From: an uncultured Acidobacteriota bacterium
GTDB lineage: Bacteria > Acidobacteriota > Vicinamibacteria > Vicinamibacterales > 2-12-FULL-66-21
Direction of reading: 5' to 3'
DNA: 64,000 nucleotides
NCBI GenBank assembly: GCA_963787175.1
Contig: CAWBCA010000012.1
Span: 5,033 to 69,032 of the forward strand
The translations under genes and the position numbers were made by a program. The notes beneath the pieces are model-generated. The model was given only the letters and a program-made list of their open reading frames with translations. It searched no databases and had not been told where the DNA came from. Below, in pieces: positions 50,230 through 59,013 of the stretch; within the stretch, counting starts at the first letter, position 1; each line of letters starts with the position of its first letter.

Positions 50230-52907
50230 GTGTCTTCGATGACTGCCGCTGTCAGCGTTGACGTCGTCGTCCGCGACGGATCCACCGTGTGCCTGCGCAC
50301 CGCTGGGAAAGACGATGTCGACGCGCTGGTGCTGTTCTTACAAGCATTGTCCGCCGGGAGTCGCTACCTCCGGTTCATGGGCTATCCGTCGTTGACACCG
50401 GCCACAGTCCTTCCGCTGGTCGAGTCCAGGGATGGCGCGACCGGCGCATTGATCGCCGAAGCCGGTGGCCGGATCGTCGCCTTTGCCGGGTTTCACCGTG
50501 AGGCTGCAGCGGCCGACCGAGCCGAGGTCGCCTTCGCCGTCGCGGATGCAGTGCAAGGCCATGGCATCGGTACCCGCCTGCTGGAGCACCTCGCGCGGCT
50601 CGCCCGAGCGCAGCGCATCACCCACTTCGACGCATACGTGATGGGCGGCAACCGCCGGATGCTCGATGTGTTTCGCGATTCCGGTTTCGTGGTCACCACC
50701 ACGATGGAGGACCGGCTCTATCACGTGGTCATCGATCTGGATGTGACACCGGTCTTCGCAGAAAGGGCGGCGGCGCGCTCGCGTGCCGCGGCCGCCGAGT
50801 CGATGAAGGGGTTCTTCGAGCCAAAAGTGATCGCCGTCGTCGGTGCGAACCGCCAGCGAGGACGCATCGGATCGGAGATCCTGCAGAACCTCGGCGAGGC
50901 CGGCTTCACGGGCAGGATCGTCCCGGTGCATCCGTCGGCCACCGAGATTGGCGGGCTGCCGGCGTATGCGCGCGTCCAGGACATCGACGGGCCGGTGGAT
51001 CTGGCGGTCGTCGTTGTCCCAGCCGCCCAGGTGCTGGCGACGGTTGACGACTGTATCGCCAAGCACGTACGGGCGATCTGCGTCATCAGCGCCGGCTTCG
51101 GTGAGTGCGACGCCGAAGGACGGGCGCGCGAAGCGGCCCTCCTGGAGCGGGTGCGCGCGGCCGGCTGCCGATTGATCGGCCCCAACTGCATGGGACTCCT
51201 GAACACCGACCCGGCGGTGCGGCTCAACGCGACGTTCTCTCCCGTGTATCCACCGGCCGGCAACGTCGCGATGTCGACGCAGAGCGGCGCGCTGGGGCTC
51301 GCGATTCTCGACTACGCGCGGCGGTTGCACATCGGGATTTCGAGCTTCGTGTCGGTCGGCAACAAGGCGGACGTCTCCGGGAACGACTTGATTCAGGACC
51401 TGGGCCGACGACCCGCGGACTGACGTCATCCTGCTCTACCTCGAGAGCTTCGGCAATCCCAGGAAGTTCAGCGAGATCGCGCGCCGCGTCGCGCGCACGA
51501 AGCCCATCGTGGCGGTGAAGGCCGGGCGCTCGGTCGCCGGATCGCGCGCGGCCGCGTCGCACACTGGAGCGCTGGCCTCGAGCGACACGGTGGTCGATGC
51601 CCTCTTTCGGCAAGCCGGCGTCATTCGCACGCAGCGCCTCGAAGAAATGTTCGACGTTGCGGCACTCCTTTCGCAGCAGCCGCTGCCCTCAGGCTCCCGC
51701 GTCGCCATCCTGACGAATGCGGGCGGCCCCGGCATTCTCGCCGCCGACGCCTGCGAGGTGAACGGCCTCGAGCTGCCGCCGCTCTGCGAGACCACCCGCA
51801 CCGAGCTTCGCTCGTTCCTGCCGGCCGCCGCCAGCGTGGCGAACCCCGTCGACATGCTGGCGTCCGCGCCGTCGGACCACTACCGCCGTGCCTTGGCCGC
51901 GATCCTTCGCGACGAACAGGTGGACAGCGTGATTACTATCTTCATTCCACCCCTCGTCACAGAGCCGGATGCCGTGGCAGCGGCCATTGCCGAGAGTGCC
52001 CGCGAGAACGGCGCCAAGCCGGTGCTTGGCGTGTTCATGCGGGCGGAGGGCGCGCCCGCGGCGCTCGGCCGCATACCGTCGTACGCCTTTCCAGAGTCGG
52101 CGGCCGTCGCCCTGGCCCGCGTGACGGCGTACGGGCGGTGGCGCCGCACGCCGCAAACGGCCCCTGTGCCGCTGCCAGGCATTGATGAAGACACGGTTCG
52201 CCGAACCGCGCAGTCGGTCCTCGCACGCGGCGGCGGATGGACGACGCCTGAGGAAGGCCAGTCCTTGCTGGGCGCAGTGGGCATCGCCACCCCGGCGTCG
52301 CGCGTCGCGTTGACCGCAACGGAAGTCGATCGAGGCGGCGCGCCAGGTGACGTACCCGGTCGTCATCAAGGCGCTCGGCCCGACTCTGCTCCACAAGACC
52401 GAACGACAGGCAGTCTGCCTGCACATCCAGAATGAAGCGGCGCTCCAGAGTGCCTATGAGGAGTTCCGCAACCGCTTTGGCCGGGACATGACCGCGGTGT
52501 TCGTGCAGCAGATGATTCCCGCCGGCGTCGAGATGCTGGTTGGCGCCGTCCAGGACCCGCTGTTCGGACCGTTGATCGCCTGCGGCACGGGCGGGACGCT
52601 CGTCGATCTCCTGCAGGACACCGTGTTCAGGCTGCATCCGATCGACGCCGCTGAGGCGGCCGCGATGATCGACGAGGTGCGTGGTGTCCGGCTACTCCGC
52701 GGATACCGTGGCTCGGCACCTGCCGACGAGCCGGCGCTGCGCGACATCCTGCTGCGGGTCTCCAGACTGCTCACGCTCGCACCGGAGATTCAGGAGCTCG
52801 ACCTGAATCCGGTCATCGTGCTCACGTCAGGCGCCTGGGCCGCCGACGTGCGCCTCCGGATCGACCATTCTCCTCCGACGAAGGCTGGCCGACGGGTGGA
52901 CTACTGA
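50230..52907 (+). pseudogene. GNAT acetyltransferase fused to NDP-forming acyl-CoA synthetase (CoA-binding + ATP-grasp), two frame breaks as assembled
   Basis: GNAT: VAFAGFHRE...AFAVADAVQGHGIGTRLLEHL. CoA-binding: IAVVGANRQRGRIGSEI..LIGPNCMGL..SQSGALG. Break at ~51398 (..DLIQ | WADDPRTDVILLYLESFGNPRKF...HTGALAS). Break at ~52325 (| IEAARQVTYPVVIKALGPTLLHKTE...ELDLNPV). Confidence 0.85.
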
Positions 52908-53401
52908 CCGCGCGGCGCATCCATCGTGTGCGCGCCCTAATCGGTCTTCACGCGAAAGCCGGACGACACCGGCTGGAGCTGCCGATCGTAGGGCGGCCAC
53001 CAGCTGCAGTGAGGGTGCACGCCGCGCACCGCCCCAAGGTGCCCACCGCATCGGTTATGGGCCCTGAGTAGTCCTGCGATTGCTGCGAAACCTTCCAGGC
53101 TCGTCCGCGCCACGGCGTGAGCGTCGTGCGGCTCCCGACCGCCGTCCTCGTGGCACACCCGTGCTCCATGGCCCTTCGAGTGGTTCTCTCATTCACGTCT
53201 TGCACGTGGTCCCGTTGCCGGGCACAGTCCCGTATGGCCCTGACATGCCTGCCGCGACGTGAACACAACCGCACCAGTCGTGGCGTATCTCGCGCGATTT
53301 TCAATGAGTTACAGGCCGGATTCGAGGAGCAGAAAAGACCCATTGCCCGCAGAGAACCCACTTGGCCATCTAAGTGGTTGAAAACAAAGGATTAATGGTT
53401 T

Positions 53402-53425
53402 CGGAGAGGGTGGGATTCGAACCCT
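53402..53425 (-). other. tRNA-Ser 3'-end remnant (T-loop to discriminator, 24 nt), att-like
   Basis: The minus strand reads AGGGTTCGAATCCCACCCTCTCCG, i.e. T-loop TTCGAAT, 3' T-stem CCCAC, acceptor CCTCTCC and discriminator G, as in GGAGAGG... tRNA-Ser. The upstream sequence does not form D or anticodon arms, and the 5' T-stem is mismatched. Confidence 0.6.
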
Positions 53426-53747
53426 GTCAGCCCATGTAGAATCAATAGCTTACGGATTCTAGAATGCCAGGGTTGCCAGGAATGCCACCGATGCCGTGGG
53501 GCCTTGCTCGATTTTGCCCGATGGAGACGCCGAATGGCCACGGTCTTTTCCTGCTGGGCGCACTCCTCTCCGATTGAAAGGGGAGAGTCGGATCTTGGTC
53601 GGACGGTCCAACACCCCGACCTCTGAGCGGCGCCACCAACCTCGGCCGGGCCGTGCTGAGAGACCTTTCGTTCGATGCGGAAAACGGATGGGTGCGGGGC
53701 GCTCGGAACCATCTGAATTTAGGTCCTTAGGGGTTCTCCGTGGGTGA

Positions 53748-54820
53748 ACGCGTAGGAGATGTGCCACGATCGTCGCCGCGGGGCTGTTCATCCGCGCGCT
53801 GAACCACGGTCAACGGATCGATCCTGGCTTCGAGATCGCAGGCGTGACGACAGCCACCATCGACCCGGAAGCGTGGGGCTACAACGAACAGAAAGCGAGC
53901 GGGTTCTATCGCACGCTGAAGGAACGCGTCGCGGCGTTGCCCGGCGTCGTCGCGGTCTCCTCGACCGGGCGTCTACCGCTCATGATGGGAAGCTCTCCCG
54001 ACGACATCACGGTCGCCGACGCCGACGTATCCGTCCATACCGGCAGCGTGGAGGTGGACTACTTTTCCACGCTGCGGCTTCCCCTGCTCCAGGGACGCGC
54101 GTTCCTCGAATCTGACGATCAGCGCGGCGAACAAGTCGCGATCGTGAACGAGACGCTCGCCCGGAAGCTGTGGCGGCACGACGCGATCGGACGGACGTTC
54201 CGGTTCCGCAACGCGCCCGGCACCGTGACCGGCATCGCACGGGACGCGAAGTACGCGACGCTCGATGAGGCGACACCGTCGTTCGTGTACTTCCCGCTCG
54301 CGCAGCGCTGGCAGCCCAACCAGGTGCTGCTCGTGCGCACGGCAGGAGATCCGGCGCAGTTCGGGCCCGAGATTCAGCACGCCATGCTGTCCATCGATCC
54401 GCCGCTGCCGAGGCCGCGCGTCACCACGCTCCGGTAGGCGACCGGGATCGTGCTGCGCCCCAGCGCACCGCCGCGATCGTCAGCGGAGCGCTCGGTGCCG
54501 TCGGCCTGCTGCTCGGCGCGGTCGGACTTACGGCCTCATGGCGTTCTCGGCCGGCCGGCGCACGCGCGAGATCGGCATCCGGTGCTCCGCATGATGATTC
54601 GCGAGGGCCTCCGCGTCGCCGCGCTCGGCATCGGCATTGGCCTGCTCCTCGCCGCGGCGGCGACACGCCTCATCTCGGGCTGCCTGTTCAACATCACCCT
54701 CTCGACGCCCCGACATTCATCGGCATGTCGATCGTCTTCGTGGTCGTCGCTCTCATCGCCAGCTATGCCTGCTCGCAGGGCTGTGGCATCCGATCCGCTG
54801 ACGGCGCTGCACGCGGAATG
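53748..54820 (+). pseudogene. ADOP/MacB-type FtsX permease remnant (5'-truncated, several frame breaks)
   Basis: The frame opens at 53748 inside a TM helix (ATIVAAGLFIRALNHGQRIDPGF). The periplasmic domain follows (..VAVSSTGRLPLMMG..LRLPLLQGRAF..VAIVNETLARKLW..). FtsX TM text is then scattered over three frames (TGIVL.., GAVGLLLGAVGL.., REIGIR, MMIREGLRVAALGIGIGLLLA, GMSIVFVVVALIASY, PARRAVASDPLTALHAE). Confidence 0.7.
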
Positions 54821-55021
54821 GGAGCGCTTGACATGTGGACACGCGAGGTCCATCCTGAGCGAAGTTTCGCTGCTCTCAAGGAGACCAGATTGGACGAGCC
54901 ACCGGGTCAGATACGGGCCTCACGGGGTTCTGCCGGCCAGTTGCCGAGCGCATCCGCCTGAAAACCGTCGCCCGGTCCCACTCTTCGCCGGCAGTTCCCC
55001 GCAAAGGGTCCTCCTCTGCCC

Positions 55022-55049
55022 GCTACCCGCTTCCTGCTACCCGCTTCCT
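55022..55049. repeat. perfect 2 x 14 bp tandem direct repeat (gctacccgcttcct)
   Basis: 55022-55035 equals 55036-55049. It lies 68 nt upstream of the multicopper oxidase start. Confidence 0.9.
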
Positions 55050-55116
55050 TGCCACGTCAGAGGCCAGCTGACGGGGTGCTATACTCCGACTCCCCGAAAT
55101 CAATCAGAGGAGTGCC

Positions 55117-56944
55117 GTGCCGATTCTGCTCGCGTCCATGCTCATGGTGGCCGCTGCGGCTGCACCGGCAGTCGCTCGTCCAATTCAGATCAACGACAAC
55201 GTCCGGCCGGCAGGCCGCACCGACGGGACTGTCCTGACGCTTCGCCTTGTGGCCGATGTTGGAACCTGGAAACCGAACGGACCGGAGGGCCCGCCTCTGG
55301 AAGTCGCGGCTTTCGGCGAACAGGACGCTGAGCTGTCAGTCCCCGGCCCGCTCATTCGTGTGCGTGAGGGAACGACGATCGCACTCACGGTCAGGAATGC
55401 GCTCGAAGCGGAACTGCGCGTGTTCGGCCTGTGCGCGAGACCCGGCACCTGCGAACCGGTCGCGATTGCCGCCGGCGCCACGCGCGAAATACGATTCGAA
55501 CTGAACACGCCGGGGACGTTCTACTACTGGGGCTCGACGACCGCCTCCACGATCACCGCACGGGCAAAGGCCGAGAGTCAGCTCGGCGGCGCGATCGTCG
55601 TCGATCCTTCTGAAGGCGCAGCCGCCGATCGCGTCATGGTGATCTCGATCTTCGACCAGGGCGTTCCCGTCGGGAACTGCGCTACGCCGGGAAAGGACGC
55701 GGTGTTCGCCATCAACGGCGCATCATGGCCGCACACGCCGAGATTCAAGTACAACGTCGGGGACACCGCACGGTGGCGGGTGATCAATCTCTCGTGCGAT
55801 CCGCACGCCATGCACCTCCATGGCTTCCACTTCACCGTCGACTCCGCGGGCGACGGCACGTCCGTCAGGCAGCTCCCACCGGAACAGCACCGCACGGTCG
55901 TCACTGAAGCGATCCCCGCCGGGCGGACGTTCACGATGTCGTGGGTTCCAACGCGCGCCGGAAACTGGCTGTTCCACTGCCATATGGTCGTGCATATGGG
56001 CGGGGCAACGGATGCCATGCACGCCGGACACGCGGCCCCGACGAATGCAGCCGGCATGGCGGGCCTCGTCGTCGGGATCGAAGTGGCGGGGTCCGATGCA
56101 GTGGAGCGGCCAGCCGCTACACCTCTGCGGCGCTTCACGCTCGGGTTGCACGAAGAGCCGAACCGCTACGGTAACGAAGAGCGGCTACCGCATGGATGTG
56201 GAAGGGATTGATGCGCCCCGTCTGAACGACGGTCCGGTGCCGGGGCCGGTCATCGTGGTGCACCGGGACGAGCCGGTCGAGATCACGATCGCCAACCGCA
56301 TGAAGGGACCAACCGCCATGCACTGGCACGGCATGGAAATCGACAGCTACTACGACGGTGTGCCCGGCTTCGGCGGCCGTGGGAACAACATCGCGTCGCC
56401 CATCGCTCCGGGGGGATCCGTCGTCGTCCGCTTCACCCCGCCGCGCGCCGGCACGTACATCTATCACACGCACTGGCACGACGAGGTGCAGCTGGCAGGC
56501 GGGCTCTACGGCGCGATGCTCGTGCTCGAGCCGGGCGAACGGTACGATCCCGCGACGGATCACGTTGCCGTCATCGGATTCAACGGCGTGGTGGTCGCCG
56601 GGCAGCGCGAGCCGTTCGCGCTGAACGGGCGCGCAGCGCCCGCAGCGATCCGGATGCGCGTCGGGAGGCCAAACCGGCTTCGCCTCATCAACATCACGAC
56701 CAATAACGTCGGCCTGACGGCATTCCTCACCGACCAGTCGGAAGTGCAGCAGTGGAAGCCCATCTCCAAGGACGGAGCCGCGCTGCCGCCGGCGCAGCAG
56801 GAACCGCGGCGCGCCCAACAGCTGGTCGCGGTCGGCGAGACGTACGACTTCGAGATAACTCCCGCACGGCCGCAGAACCTCTGGCTCGAAGTGCGCCGCG
56901 CCAACGGCGAATGGGTCCTGCAGGCGCCCGTGCACATTCGCTGA
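55117..56944 (+). pseudogene. multicopper oxidase with permuted copper-motif order, one frameshift as assembled
   Basis: Signal peptide MPILLASMLMVAAAAAPAVA. First half has DPHAMHLHGFHF and FHCHMVVHM. After the break at ~56175 (..EEPNRYGN | KSGYRMDVEG..) the second half has AMHWHGMEI and YHTHWHDE. Confidence 0.85.
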
Positions 56945-57290
56945 CCCTTCGATCGGTCCGGCAACCGGCCTCGACGGCTTCCGCCTTCCACCCTGCGCGA
57001 AGCACTCGCGCGGCTGGCACGCGAACCGCATATGCCCGCTTATGCCGGGAAGTGCACAGGGATCCGTTTTACAAAACTGTTCGCGCGTGTTCCATTGCGT
57101 CCTTCGACGGTGATGCTTACGATGTGCGTGGTGGCAGCGGCCCTCCCCCTTACGGCCAGCACCCCTCCGGCGTTCGGGGGATCGCGGGGCGCGCCACGGC
57201 GTCCAGGGCTTCGCGCGCCATGCGCGGCGCCTTCGGCGCCCCTTCACCCCGCGTCGCGCTCGTGGCCTGAAGCTCTTATCGCTAGCAAGC

Positions 57291-57330
57291 TGTCACTGCA
57301 CGCTGGCTTGCCAGCCAGCGTGCAGTGACA
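57291..57330 (+). promoter_or_regulatory. perfect 18-bp-stem hairpin 28 nt upstream of the transposase start
   Basis: tgtcactgcacgctggct (57291-57308), loop tgcc, agccagcgtgcagtgaca (57313-57330). RBS AGGAGG at 57346-57351 and GTG at 57358. Confidence 0.6.
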
Positions 57331-57357
57331 ATACAACCGACGGCCAGGAGGTCGTCG

Positions 57358-58585
57358 GTGCAGGACACGAAGCTTTTCGAAACGATTCTGGGGATTCAGC
57401 CGTGGCGCAGCAGCCGCGTGGAACTGGATACGAGCGGCGAACGCGTGGATCTGTGGGCGGAGCACGAGGATACGCGATGGCCGTGCCCCGAGTGCCAGCA
57501 GGAGCTGCCGTGTCGCGATCACGCCGAGGTGCGGGTGTGGCGACACCTCGATACGTGTCAGTCCCAGTCGTTTCTCCACGCCCGCGTGCCGCGCGTCGAC
57601 TGCCCGACGCACGGCGTGCGGCAGGTCCGCGTGCCGTGGGCCGAGGCCCGCAGTCGGTTCACGATGCTGATGGAGCGGCTGATCATCGATCTGATTCAGC
57701 AGTGCAGCACGGTGATCGGCGCCTGCCGCATTGCGCGGATCACCTGGGACGAGGCGTGGGGTGTCATGAGCCGTGCGGTCGCGCGTGGCCGCGCCCGTAA
57801 AGTCGCGCAGCCGATTCCGTACATTGGGGTGGACGAGAAAGCGTTTCGGAAGGGGCATCGCCATCACACGATCGTCTGCGATCTCGGGCGGTCGACCGTG
57901 GAGTTCGTGGCCGAGGAGCGCCGGACCGAGAGCTTGGCCGCCTACTACCAGGCGCTCACGGACGAACAGCGCGACGGCCTGAAGGCCGTGGCAATGGACA
58001 TGTGGGAGCCGTACATCAAGGCCACGCGGGACGGCCTGCCCGATGGGGGCGAGAAGATTGTGTTCGACCGCTTCCACATCATGCGCGAGATGACGAAGGC
58101 CGTCGACACCGTGCGGAAGCAGGAACATCGTGGCTTTCTGCGCGAGGGCGAGGACTCGCCGCTGACCGGCACCAAATACCTGTGGCTCTTCAGCGACGAA
58201 CGGCGGCCCGACCATCACGCGGACGCCTTCGCCACCTTACAGGCGTTGAACCTCAAAGTCGGACGCGCCTGGGCGATCAAGGAAGCGCTGCGCACGCTCT
58301 GGACCTACCGGCAGGGGGCCGCCGTCACGCGCTTCTTCTCACAGTGGTACGGCTGGGCCGTGCCGGTCGCGGCTCGACCCGGTGAAGAAGGTCGCCGGCA
58401 TGCTCAAGCGACATCTCGACGGCGTGCTCCGCTTCGTGAAGCATCCGATCACCAACGGCGTGGCCGAAGGACTGAACAGCAAGATCATGAGCATCAAGCG
58501 GAAGGCCGGCGGCTTCCGCAACCCGCAGAACTTCACGACGGCGATCTATTTCCACTGCGGAGGGCTCGACCTCTACCCACGCTGA
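57358..58585 (+). pseudogene. ISL3-family transposase, one frameshift as assembled
   Basis: Zn-finger-like WPCPECQQELPCRDH...VDCPTHG. DDE region (IGVDEKAFRKGHRHHTIVCDL...VAMDMWEPY). After ..WYGWAV (extra c ~58363) the product continues as RSRLDPVKKVAGMLKRHLDGVLRFVKHPITNGVAEGLNSKIMSIKRKAGGFRN..*. Confidence 0.85.
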
Positions 58586-58611
58586 TCCCGGAAGAGGCTG
58601 AATTTAGAGTT

Positions 58612-58676
58612 CTGTTGGGCAGCGGCATAGGTCTGCAAAACCTCCATCCCCGGTTCAAATCCGGGCGGCGCCTCCA
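58612..58676 (+). other. 5'-truncated tRNA-Cys(GCA) gene (D-loop to CCA, ~65 nt)
   Basis: Anticodon loop CTGCAAA. T-arm CCCGG-TTCAAAT-CCGGG. Acceptor 3' strand CGGCGCC, discriminator T, encoded CCA (58674-58676). The required 5' strand GGCGCCG is absent, and the sequence upstream is the IS flank. Confidence 0.7.
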
Positions 58677-59013
58677 ATTTCTCAGTTCCAATTCGATCGT
58701 TTGTTCCGGAGTAGCCCAAGCGAGCGCTTCCAATTGGACTACGACGGACTACAGATCGTCATTCGCTACGTTGTCCGGGTGACGTAAGGCGCTGATCCAG
58801 AGGTAGTTGACGGTTCGCCCGTTGAAAAGGACGGAGTTTTTCAGGACCTCCACCTCGAACTGCAAGCCCGCGCGCAGTCGGGACGTGACCCGCGGATTGT
58901 CGTCCTCGGGCTCAGGCTTCGTCGATGCTCGTCGCGGCAGGCAACTGCTGCCTGTCGGTAGCCTGCACGCGGGTGTCGAGAACCGCGTTCGTGGCGAACT
59001 CCTTCTCAAGTGC

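Larger units (their letters stand above)
57260..58610 (+). mobile_element. ISL3-family insertion sequence (boundaries approximate)
   Basis: Contains the ISL3-type transposase gene. Only short imperfect terminal similarity was seen (gaagctctta.. at ~57269 versus the reverse complement of ..aagaggctg at ~58592). The inverted repeats and target duplication could not be defined by eye. Confidence 0.55.

Noticed and set aside
53396-53571. Possible complete tRNA (with intron) or tmRNA on the minus strand. GGAGAGG at 53565-53571 could pair with the CCTCTCC acceptor remnant 170 nt away.
   Set aside because: No D-arm or anticodon arm can be drawn. The 5' half of the T-stem is mismatched. No tag-peptide reading frame or CCA end is present (the sequence continues GAAACCA). 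It is best explained as a 24-nt tRNA-Ser 3' scar plus a chance 7-mer.
57358-58585. Programmed -1/+1 ribosomal frameshift in the transposase.
   Set aside because: To my knowledge the ISL3 family uses a single ORF. The break site (gccgtgccggtcgcgg) has no slippery heptamer or downstream structure. Similar single-base breaks occur all over the window.
58603-58676. Intact tRNA-Cys gene.
   Set aside because: The anticodon arm, T-arm, 3' acceptor strand and CCA are fine. However, the 26 nt upstream (atttagagttctgtt...) cannot supply the GGCGCCG 5' acceptor strand or the 5' D-stem. I also did not find the missing 5' part on the other side of the IS.
58749-59013. ORF 58749..59009(-) and the in-frame text ALEKEFATNAVLDTRVQATDRQQLPAATSIDEA* that follows the stop codon of the CadC-like gene. 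These were considered as possible stop-codon read-through or a small toxin-like gene.
   Set aside because: Only the last ~35 codons of the ORF look protein-like (..LQFEVEVLKNSVLFNGRTVNYLWISALRHPD..). There is no start or RBS and no family match that I can support. The read-through extension is short and unsupported.
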